Positions 27,101 to 39,100 of a stretch of DNA of 60,962 nt are shown here, piece after piece. The position numbers were made by a program, and so were the translations under genes. Origin of the DNA: Candidatus Omnitrophota bacterium (GTDB lineage: Bacteria > Omnitrophota > Gorgyraeia > Duberdicusellales > 4484-171); the NCBI GenBank assembly GCA_028713415.1, contig JAQTOI010000003.1, forward strand, positions 1 through 60,962. The letters run 5' to 3'. Numbering within the stretch: position 1 is the stretch's first letter; each line of letters opens with the position of its first letter. The notes beneath the pieces were generated by a model. That model was not told the DNA's origin and did no database searches. It was given only the letters and a program-made list of their open reading frames with translations.

Positions 27101-30100
27101 AGCAAGAGTAGGGACTTCGTCTATAGGCGGGGGGCATTTAAGGAGTACAAATCTTGCCGCGCGAAGCGGGCTGGTTGCGGAAGCAGACAGCGAAATTATG
27201 ATGTGTCTTTTCTTTCATCCTCTTTCGATTATTTTAAGCTGTCTTATCGGCCGTGACGCAAGTAAAAAGCCTTCCCAGGAGGAAATTGACGCTATTTTAG
27301 CAGAATTTGGCCAAACCTATATCCAAGATGCAGCGAATATTCAATTGCTTTACCCGGGAACTAAAGAGCGCCTTAACCATATTACTTTGGCTGTTTTGTG
27401 TGCGCAGAAACTGGCTTCTGCATTGGAAACTTTAGATTTTCCTAAAGCACAAGCCTTGCGAAATTTTGCAATCCAAATGCGCGCGCAATTTGGTCAAAGT
27501 ATAGGGGATTTAGATAATGAAAGAGCAGTTGAAGATTATATACTCAGATCGCAACAGGTGGGAAGAGAACAAGCTCTTCGTTTCGCCAGCATGCTTATCC
27601 ATTGGGGAGTTATTTTGCAGGCAGCCAGAGAAGTCAATAAGGCATTTCAAAATTCCCCAGCAGTTTCTTCTAGCGTAACCGATTCATTCACCGGCATCTT
27701 TGGCCCTCAAGCGCAAAAATTTGTCGTAAGCACAAATTTTAGATTAGAAAATATCGGCGCGGAATTGACGCTCGCGCTTAACAGGAGGGCAGTATGCAAT
27801 CTCTACAGAGTTACTCGCGAAGATTTCTGGCACGGGATTTTTCTTCGTGAATACGAAGATATTTCGATAGAAGAAACAGCTAGCGTGCGCCAGAGAGTCA
27901 TCAGGGGGTTGGCCGCCCGCATTATCGCAAATATATTCAGGGTTGCTTTCTATGATTTGTTGTATGAATTGGCAAAAGATGAAGGAGCGCCGGCTGTGTT
28001 GTCCATGCTACGCGATATTATTTTTGCTGAAGGTAATCACGTTAATTTTGATGTAGAAATTATTTATTATCCTTTACTCATAACGCTTTTTTCTGAAAAA
28101 AGAGTAACCGGTATGATAAAGCGCGTATCAGGAAAACTGGATTTGCAAAGCATTAGAACAGATTTGCTGGGTATACCTGTGAGGCTTGGCTATGGCCAAG
28201 ACGAAATATTCTTTGCCCTATGGGGGCAAACCTATGCTTACCTGCCGTCTTTACTTACACGAGAAAACGACTTTATTGCGCATCATAAGAGGATAACGCG
28301 TGAAGGAGCGGACAGAAATATTTTTGCCGATATACCACTGCCGCCGCAAAAAGAGGCTTCAAGCGCATCGCAAGCCCTGTTTGATGTTCAGGAAAGGACA
28401 AGGCAGTTTATAGAAGATTTATATTACAGGTACTATCTGCGTTTAGGTTTGGGCAGGTATGATGAAGCAGCCGGAGAAATATTAGTGAGTTCTCTGCGTC
28501 CCGTGAAATACGGAATGTTTCAACATACTCCCTTTGAAATCTTAGACGAATTGGTCTCTTTTGCCGGCATTGTTCCCGAATCTAAAATTTACATGATTGG
28601 CGGAGACGGTAAAACCGCGTATCTATTGGCTACTTATGTTGCGATAGTTGATCTCATGGAGGTTGACCGTAAGGTTTTTAATAGAGGTTATGCAGTGCGC
28701 ACGCAGCTTAAGAGAGGCGTTACTACAAATTTTGGCGGCCAGATGCTTCAAGAGGATTCGCAGTATATGGAAGATTTGCTTGGCCGCGTGCGGCTTATGC
28801 TTGGAGACGCGTTCCATAAACATCCCGACCTTTCAAAATACGACGCTTTATACCTATATTACCCTGAACCCGTCCAGCACCTTCAGCTCAGGTTCCTTTA
28901 TACGCTAAATCGAGTATTATCTGACCCTATAAAAGGCCTGCGGGATGACGCGCATTTTATTATGTTGCGTCAGCACGGATATGATCCCCTGCCGCTAGAG
29001 AATCTGACGTTAGCCGCCAGCAAAGCAGTTACTGTTGATGTTACGGCAGGAGTAAACGATTACACGCTTTATAAATATCGCGTTACACAACGCATGCCTT
29101 TTACATATCGAGTTTCATCGCCTATTTCTATTTTCGGCAGCCTCAAAACCGCAGAACACGCCCCACCTGACGCCACGCGCTATGCGCTATGCGCTTTGCG
29201 TTCTGGCAGTTCGCCTGCCTCGCTGACAACGAATCAAGGCGGGCCTGTTCAAACGGCGGCTGCAGCTTCGTCCGCAGTAGCTTTACGTACGCATTATCTT
29301 GAAACAGGTAAGGTTAGTTCAACCACAGAAACTTTGAATTTAAGCAGGTCAATGCCGCTGTATCCGGATAGTATGATTCAGGTGCACTTGCAGACTCAAG
29401 GCGTGATCCATTACAGGGGCCCGCCGTTGGCAGTTTCTTCACCGCTCGCGGGTAAAGGACAATTCGCGCAATACGGTTACATATCCGATGCTCATCCTCT
29501 GCCGTTGGCCCTGCGGGATTTGCGAAGATTAGACGCTCTTCTAGATCAATTCATAAGATTATTCCATGGCAATCTTCTAAACACACAGCTTTCAAGCGTA
29601 ACGATTGAGATTGAAAAATTAGAAGAAGAATTGGGCTTACGCATGAGGCATGACGCATTCGAAAGAAAATGGCTTGGACAAGTTTTTACAATCTATCCTT
29701 ACGCGTATGCATACCCCACTTTAACTGCTGTCTTGCTGCACAATAGCGCTTTAAGAGAGCTTAAACGACTAATGGCAAGCCAGCTGCGAAAATCTCCCGA
29801 GTCAAATATCGTTATACGCATAGACGGTAAAACCGGCAGCGGTAAAACTATGCTCGCTCAAATACTGCGTGAGTCTTTTGGGGGATTCATGGCACCCGAA
29901 GCAATACATATAAGCAACGTTCAGCGCCTAGAGGCGCTTAATGACGGTCCTATAGATTGTTTAAGACTACAGGCAAATCCCGAAAGTAAAGTTTTTATCG
30001 TTGAGGGGGTGCATCAACCAAAGCGTATAGAAATTTCAAATGCGAGGCCTATACATCAAATACGCGTATTTACAGAATTGGCTGACAGATTACGCTACAC

Positions 30101-33100
30101 GCGTATCTTAGAAAAATACGGCCGCGAACTTACTGGAGAAGAGCATTTCTTTGACGAAGATGAACTCGCTATGCCTGCGATGATGCATGCGCTTTGTCAA
30201 ACCCAGGTTCTTAAACTTGCGCGAATAAAAAATATATTTGACCGTTATTGGCAGGTTGATCCCGCTCGTAGGCAATCCGATATCGTTATGAGGACGGCTG
30301 ATGATTTCGAATACGCGCCCAGGGCAAGTTCAGCGATTATGACAATAGCGAGGTTGCTTGAAGCGCATAGAGATGAGTTAAGAGCAAACCCGGGTAATAC
30401 CTTAACGGATGTTGCGCGTATAATCCATATGTCGCGCCCGGCAATAAGTAGATTCTTAAGTGTTAATCACTGGGCAAGAGCCACTTATAATATTCCTGTT
30501 GATTCAAGTAAACCAAAACTCATAATTCCGGAAGAAGGGGCAGAATTATTTCGTCTCGAAAGGCCTGACGGCGCAGGCACAGTAAAAATAATTGAAGTTC
30601 ACGTGGGGTCGGAGAATACTGACGCAAGCCCTATTGATCTTGCGTACCTAAGAGCCTATCAAATTCAAAGAGGTTTCATAGTGCCGGGACAAATTCCGGA
30701 AAGAGAAAGAAAAGAAATAGGATTAAGTAACGTTAGCGATAGAAATATCCTCAGGTTAGAGAAATGGATAGCCAGCCAATATCAAGAATTGCGACAATTC
30801 GCGAGATTAAAAGAATTCAGGACAAAGGTCGGCCGGCGCGTTAATCCTTTGGATGTATATTCCGGTTTAGCCATATTTGATTACAGAGTGTTAGTTGAGA
30901 GCAGGGTTAGCGCTGATTTCGCGTTCGTGCTTGTAAATGGCGCCGTAAGCATGTATGTCTTGAATCCCTATAATCCAAACCGGCCCGTTCCTGTTGGTTT
31001 CATTTCTCAAGAGGAAGGATTCGGGCAATTATTAAGCCGGTTAAGACAAGGGATTTTGCTGAGCCAGATTATTTCATTTCAAGGGCCACATTACTACGTA
31101 AATCCTGCTGAATTTACGAAAACACCCGATAGCGGTGCAAGTTCATCGGCTATACAACAATCTGGCACAGAAGGCGTAAAAATCGGCGACAGCGTTAAGG
31201 TTTGGTTCCAAAGGCTCGCTTATTTTGATAACAGTCGGGACGCTTCCGGCCTGAGGGGAGAGTGTATAACTGAAAGCGGACAGCGCTATGATGCCTTTGT
31301 GATTACGCAGGATTTGGGCTGCCGTATCCCCGTTAGCCGCGACAGCGGAAAATTTGAGTCATATCTGGCGAAAAATTTTATTGAACCTGGGAAAACCTAC
31401 AAAGCGAAAGTTGTAGTAATAGAGAGAGTTATGTTTTTATTTACCCCGAGGAGTTGTCTGGTTCAACCTCTTCCCCTCCTACGCTCTTCGAGCTTCGGAG
31501 GGCAGGCGTGGCTGGTGGGGTCCAAAGCATTTTCTTCATCGCTTTTCAATCGGTGGCTGCTTGTCCTACGAAGCCCGTCAAGGAGTATACGTACATATTC
31601 AAAGGGCGTAGTAGGAGTGGAGGACTGGGCGCCCCGGGGTTTATTGTTGTTACAAGCTGCAGCCGTGGCTGTTTGCCCTATATTATATATAGGTAAGCAA
31701 AACCGCTCTATTTCATCGCCTCTGGATATTTCCGGCAGCCTCAAAACCGCAAAGCGTACACCACCGATAGAGAAAGCTCATAAGCTCTTAAGCGCATCAG
31801 CTCTTAGGAGGAATGAGGGACGAAGGACGACCGCTTCGCTGGGACGAGTGACGAGGGACGAAGGGGGTTCGCCTGTTACCAGAAAGGCAAGTAAGTGGCT
31901 ATCTGAACAAGGTATCTTTTTGCCAATGGCGATCACAAATGAAGTTTATCCGGTAAGACTTGATCAGTCACGCCATATGACGGATGACCATAAATATGAA
32001 CTGCCTTTAGGGATAGTTTCTAATAATCGCTATATAAGAATAGCTGCCGTCGGTAAAGTAATTTACATAGGCAGCCATCATCACGGATCCTATCTGTTTA
32101 CCCTATTATCATATATTGAGAATTTGATCGATGGTACAGAAAACTTCGCGCATATTGATTTTAGGCATCATCCCGACAATGGTACTTTAATATCTAACCC
32201 GCCATCATTAGACGATAAAATGGCTGAACATATAGAATATATGGGAGGTAGTAAGAATGGCTGTGACCTTGGAGTGGCTAACTATATTACTGCACTTAAC
32301 CTGGTATTTCGTTATATGCGGTTGATATTCTTATCAACAGAAGTAACAGAATCTAATTATGGCGGTGCGCGTTTTGATAAAAAAGATCGTGTTTTCACTT
32401 TCAGAGAGCATTTAACGCATGGTATTGCAAGTATAGATTTAGATATTTTTAATGACCATTATAATTTGGAAAACGCCGTAGATGTATTGAACTTGATGGA
32501 ATATTTGGCTGCTTTAGTAAGCGAGGCGAAGGTAATAATGATTTTTGTTTCTCCGGGTTTCTTGGATAAAACAAGAGCCATGGACAATATTCTTCCTAGC
32601 TTTTTAAGCTTTTTAAGCGAGCGACTTGCGGCTCTTCCAGCACACAATTCAAATAATACCGGTCGTCCCTTCGTTTCTGTTCCTCGACGAAACAGAGTGG
32701 TATTCAATGGGCCTACCGGTTCCCCAAAAGTTTTTAGTCCGCAGTTAACCGTTAATACTTTAAGAAAAATATTCATTGCCAGTTCTCCTTATGCTTCCGG
32801 CAGCCTCAAAACCGCAATTCTTGCCCCGCCCCCATCAACAATGAGCCATGAGCTAATAGCTATGAGCTATGTCGGTAGTTCGCCAAGCATAATATTTCCA
32901 GAATATTTGTGCGCTCTTAAGAGCAAGTGTTTGATACTTCAACTACGAAATTCGTTTCATAACAATGAATTAATAGAGCTTGTTTTTGATCATCCGCAGG
33001 ATTTAGATAGTTTCTATGTAAGAGTTAATCGTAAGCTAACTGGCCGGGTTTTTCTACGCGACGAAGGAGATACCTTAAGGATCCAATGTTTTCATCCTTA

Positions 33101-36100
33101 CGCAAATAAAAAAGAAAGCGATTACGAAGGCCGGCACCATGCCACTGTAATCGTTGCCGGGATTGCCATTCTGGCACGGCAATATAGCAAAAAGTTAATT
33201 ACCGATAACAGGGACGAAGCGGCTTTAGTTGCTGCCTGCAAACGTAACTTTGCTGATGAGGTAAGAAATAAGGAGACAGAGTGGCTATCCATCGATAAAC
33301 TTCCGATAGGATTTTATGATTATCGCTTAGTCGGAGAGGTATTTACTGATACTGGCCGAAGCGCAATTTCTTCTGAAGGTATTGAGCGGGTTGCTTTTGG
33401 CTTGAGATTGGTCTTCTTAGAAGAGGAAAGTTATCGAGTTAAATATACGCACAATTTAAATACGGGAGAGGAGCGCGCAACTGATTTTATTGTCCGCGTT
33501 GATAGCCAGGGATATATCTATTACGCCGGCGAAGAAACAGAACTTTGGCCGCCAGATAGGCAACTGAGGATATATACTTACGAGAAGAGTTTGCAGCTAC
33601 AAGGCAGCCCCCGGCCTGTTATCTCTGATTATACAGTTAAAGTAATTTCTCTCAAGCTGGCTAAAAGGGCAGGCTATATGCCTTCTGGCAGCTCAGCTGT
33701 CCAAAATACTTTCGGCACCCTCAAAACCGCAAACCGCGCGCCACCGGCTCGCACAAATTCCAATTTCCAAATTCCTCCGGATTACAGTTCTTTCCCTGCA
33801 GAAGTAAGCAGCTCGTCGGTAAATAATCTTAGTATTTTTAAATGCCGGCCGGGACAATGCGTGAAATGTTGTGAGATTCCTATAGGAGTAACTATCCCTG
33901 ATTTACTGCGTATTCGGGAATATTTCCTGCAAAGAGGCATTGATAAGAGTTTTGGTAGATTATTTCAGGAATTAATTACTGGTTGGATAGTGTCGTTTAG
34001 TTTTGAACAATATATTTATGTAATTCCTAAAATAAGACACCCCTGCCCATTTATTAACTATCAACAAATGAGATGTCATATTTACAGCCACAGGTTTATC
34101 GCTTGTCTTGGTTTTCCAGAAATGGTATTAGCGGCCCGCACCCAAGGCCTCGCGGATGAGGTTAATAGCAGAGCATTGCAACAATTAGTCGAAGAAGGTA
34201 TAGATTGTGTTGATAGGGCAATGATAACTGATTCGAGAATTGAACTGATGAATAGGCTCAATTCACTGGCCTGGGACGAATATCACTTTACCGCAAGCCT
34301 GCTTGGAACCGAGATAAGTTATGCAGAATTAGAACATGCTAAGCTCACAAGCATTGACGGGATAAGGCAATATTTTGTCGGATGTGGGATGGAAAGGATG
34401 GCCCTAGATAAGGTTAGACAATTAAATAACCCAGATAATTTTGCTGCTTTGTTAGCTAAAGCTTCTCCTTATCTAAAGCGGAGGCGTTTGCTAATGGAAG
34501 ACATTGATGGGGCATCTTCCAGTTCTTCTCTGCAAAATAATCGCGGCAGCCTCAAAACCACGCAACTTGCACCGCCATATTCAGCTCATAGTCGACAGTC
34601 CATAGCATCTTCAGCAGTATCATTTGAAGTCAAAGAGCTTTTGCAGAAAAGGAAGAAAAATCGTAGCGAGTGGGTATTTATTCTTAGAAACTTATCCAGC
34701 AAATTTTCTGAAGGCACAGCCACAGCCAGCCGCATCGCAGAAATCTCTGACGGCAAATTAACCGCACAAGGCGTGCGTTCCGCCTTGGTAAAGCACTCTA
34801 TCATCTACGAAGAAGCAGGTATGGTGGGGGGTAGGCCTTCGAAAAGAAATAGCTCGAATGCCCACAAAAAATCCAGTTCTCCCGTCTTCTTTTCGAACAA
34901 AACCGCAATTCACGCACCATTCGTTTTGGCGCTTATTGAAAAATCAATCCGCGACAACATTGTTTCTTCTGCGGTTGTAACGCCATCGAAGGTATTTGTA
35001 ACTAACGAAGCCTATCCCGTGCCTCTTTTTAGATCAGGTGATATTCGAAACGATGATGTGTATAAATTACCTATTGGAGAGATTTCCAGCACCCGCTATA
35101 TAAGAATAGCTGTTGGAAGAAAAGTAATTTACATAGGAACGCATCATCATGGTGCGTATTTATTTACTTTACTTTCGTATATCGAAGGTTTGATTGATGG
35201 CTTAGAAAATTTCGCGCATATTGATTTTAAGCGGCACCCAGACAATTCTCTTATCACCAAAACCCCACCATATTTCGTGGCGAGCGTAGATCTGGATATC
35301 GTTAATGATCTTGAGAATCTAGAAACTACACAAAATATGAAAGATCTTCTGAAATGTGTGGCTGATGTGGCTGGCGAAGCTAATGTAATAATGATTTTTG
35401 TTTCTCCTGGTTTCTTGGATAAAAGACGAGCCATAGGAACTATTGTTCCTTATTTCGTAAATTCGTTGTTTGCGAAATTAGGAATTAATCCAGCTGATTT
35501 AATTTCAGAGGCTCAACCCGCAGGATATAGATATGCTTCATTCTTTTCCAGAGGACGATTGGTATTTAACAATGCTGGGCTAAAAAGAATAGCTTTTACT
35601 TCGAAGCTGTCGATTGACGCCTTAAGAGAAAAGTTTACAGCAAGTTCGCCTTTAAATACTTTTGACAACCTCAACACCGCAATTCATAATTTACAAGCTA
35701 ACATCGTTTGTAATAATGAGTTAAATGTTAAATCCGGCAAAGCGGAAGCATCTTCTGCTGCGGTAATAGGTTTATCGGGAATTGCTATCGTTTTATCCGT
35801 ATATTTGTTGATAAAAATAAATAACAGGGTTCAAGAACGGAACATAATCAAAATCGCTTTTATGAACGAATACGCGATAATTAAAGAATTAATCGGTAGT
35901 GAATTATATGATGAAGCAGTCCAAGCGCTACGGATTTTGATTGATAAATTGGAAAGAGGAATTGATGGTATCTATAATTTTGGTGATTTTGCAAATAGGG
36001 GAATCTTAAAAGAACTCTATTTTAAATTAGGATACTGCCTATGGTTTTTAGCCGAAGAAAAGTGGGATATGCGGGAATATTTATTAAAGGGCGCTTTAGA

Positions 36101-39100
36101 GGCTCTTAATAAAGCAGATAGCAATGAATCTTCTGCAGCGGACCTGATAGATTTAATACAAAAAGATTTACGAAAAGAATTGCAAAGCGCGGAAATAAAT
36201 TCTATAGAAGGCCAATCTTCGGGAAACACATTAATTAGAGGCTTAGAAGTTGTAGATGATGAGAGCATATGCCAAAAGAAATTTGAGCAATTTGAATATG
36301 CCGCAGCAGCAAGAAATAAGCAGTTAGCAGGCAAATGTGCTAAATTTTTGTCCGAAAGAAAATATTTTGGCCCGCAATACGGATTTCCAGATTCTAGCCA
36401 TAACACTTTTTTCCCTGCAGCCATTGCTATCCGATATGTAAAAGTAATGATGATGTGCCGCATGTACCGGGAAGCGGAAGATATGTTAAGGTTGATAATT
36501 TATAAAATACAAGATACTACGGCGGCAATAGATTTAGTTAATATCTATTATGATTTAGGTTTATGTTGTTATCGAAATAATTCTTTAAATGAAGCTGAGA
36601 TTTACTTCTCAAAAGTCCAGGAGCTTACAGGACAAGAAATTTTCTTTTTAAAGCAAATTCAAGAAACGCGAGGCAAAGGCAAAAATGCCAGTAGCTCGGC
36701 AGTATACAAACAGATACAACCAGTATTTTTAAAAGCTTTCGGCAGCCTCAAACACGCGCAACTTGCGCCGCCACTTCACGTATCAGGTAGCACGTATCAC
36801 GTCGCACGTTTTAAAGACCTGTTACCTGTTAACTGTGACGTGGGACAGGATAATAGGGGCAGTTCGCCAATCGAAAATACTTCCAAACTGCAAAAAACTC
36901 TTTACCAACTCACCTTAAACGCGCATCAGCCCACAGGAACGCGCTGGTCGCGTGTGCATTACTTTGCTACTTACCTTCCGGTTTTAGTGTCTTTGCTCGA
37001 TCCTGAGTTACGCAATATACACGGAAATAATCACCGTCCAATAAGGTTTAATTACAGCCTTTCTTTAAGCTTGTCCAAAGAAATTTCTACTTATACAGCC
37101 TCGATGTTAAGCATTATGAAAGGGGGTCCGGAGCAATTTAGGTGGGATAAACAAAAACGGCGCATTGGAGAATTAGTCGAAGAGCAGAAGCTGGACGAGC
37201 ATATCGCGTTATTGCTTAAGCCGTATAGAGAATGGACGGATGCTGACGTGCAGATTGTCGGCGTTCATCAATACTTTCTACCTTCCGACACTAAATACGA
37301 ATTGTGGCCGCAGTTTACCGAGTTCTATCAAAAAGCAGCTACCGGCAACGGCTTATTCAGTAAGGATTTAAAAGATGTACAAGGTTTTAGTGATAGCGAA
37401 AAGCTAACGGCTAAGGCGATGCTTTTAGGAATGACCCTTGTATTTTTCAACCGTTTTATTTTCGCCAACGGGCCGGCAGTTTTATCCGGTGTGCCGATTG
37501 ACAATAAACACCAGCCAGAGATGTTTGCCGATGACGAGGTTATTTATGTCGATGGAAACCGTAAGTGTTTAGAGAGCATGTACTTTGAGCGCAAGGTCGA
37601 TTTTACTTCTTACCTTAAAGTAGAAAACGAAAACCATTTTATAGCTCTTGCCTCAGATGATGCAAGCTGTAGCAGATTAGTTTATGAAATGACCAAGGCA
37701 ATGGCAATATTCCCTAATTTAATTGCCTTAGTTTCGATATCTAATGAATTAGCGATTGCCGATAGAGAATCTAAAACAGTAGAGGAAGTTATTGTTGGCG
37801 AGCGTGCTAAAGGATACGGTAAATATCATAAATTAGAAAGCCGCAGCGGCCAGATTGATTTTAGCATTTGCCCTCATATTATTTGCGCGGCCATTGCCGA
37901 ACAGCCCGGGCTCATGGAACGTTCCCAGGACGTTGAAAGCCAAATCATTCTTGCCAAGGAGCATTGCTATGATGCCTACGGAATCAAAATGCGCTGGGTT
38001 TGGAACGCCGAAGGTAATATGGACGGCCTATATTCAGGCTTGCTTAAAAAGCACGGCATTGAACTTGCTTATGTAGGAAATGACCACTTTGAAATAATAA
38101 AACAGGCAAACGGAATGGGCAACCTTAACCGTATGCAGCCGGTAACCTTTCAAACCGGCGTACCGCGCGCGAGATTAGTTAAGCTTTTTGGAAATTATAA
38201 CAATGAGTGGAAACCTTTCTTTTATAATCCCGACAGTCCTAATAATGAGGGCTTTATCTGGTTTAAGAGAGGAACAGGACAGGTGGAAAGATTCAGGCGC
38301 TACCATACTAATAGAGGCAGCGCATTTAATGGCTATCAGCGGGCGATGATGTTTAAGCTCTGGCAGGAATCAATGGGGACGATTCTCTGCCCCTATACTC
38401 AGGACGTCCGATATGTAGATTTTGTAGGGTTAGGCCCATCAGACCAGCAGGCTTTAGTTATGGCCTCTCATATTTTAGGTTGCGGTAACGTGCCTAACGC
38501 TCCGGCAACTGAACAATATGGTAGTCATCCTCAAGTAAAAATTGTTAGTGAGTTTACCGATATGGAGAATTGTATTCGCCGATATAGAGGAAAATACGAT
38601 GGTTCAATGATTTGGTGGTGGTACCTGCATACCGTAATCCACAATGGTATAGCTAATACAGTAACTGCCGGTGAAGTTATTAATCTTGCCCACCACCTGC
38701 AAAGACAGGGCGAGCCATCTTTCGCTCACATAGCGGTCCTTCCTTTAGGCACCTGGCATGGCGGAGCAAGCATTAGAGATTGGATAGGAGGTTGTTATGA
38801 ACATTCTCTTCTTTATGGTTATTTAAAGGCGGTTATAGAAGGTTTACTTTCTGCGGGAATTCCTTATTGGAGGAGTAAAGGCGCAACTGCTCAAACTGAT
38901 CAACTCTGGGAGAGAGGAATTTTTCTTGGCGCCCAAGTCAGTTGTTATGCCTGGCATCTCGTCCGTAATCCCATAAAAGACCAAAATCCCCAAGTCTTTA
39001 CGCAATTATTTTTCCATCACCTGGCTTGGACGATAGAGCGTGCTTGGGAGCTTGGGTTTAGCGTGGTGCCTCCTTTAGTAAATGGCCACGTGGCAGGATT

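Noticed and set aside
31170-31430. S1/OB-fold RNA-binding domain ('GVKIGDSVKVWFQRL...GKTYKAKVVVIE')
   Set aside because: The resemblance is limited to a loose hydrophobic/Gly pattern, which is not enough for a call without a profile search.
31454-31744. Small ORFs on both strands (31454..31696 + and 31463..31744 -) over the GC-rich linker
   Set aside because: They coincide with stacked GC-rich repeat relics that are stop-poor in several frames. There is no start context or motif support.
24801-36773. Regularly recurring R1 element considered as a CRISPR-like or other repeat-spacer array
   Set aside because: Copies are 0.8-4.3 kb apart, not 25-50 bp. They are imperfect, lie in a continuous coding frame, and are separated by enzyme-coding modules. 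No cas-like sequence is present.
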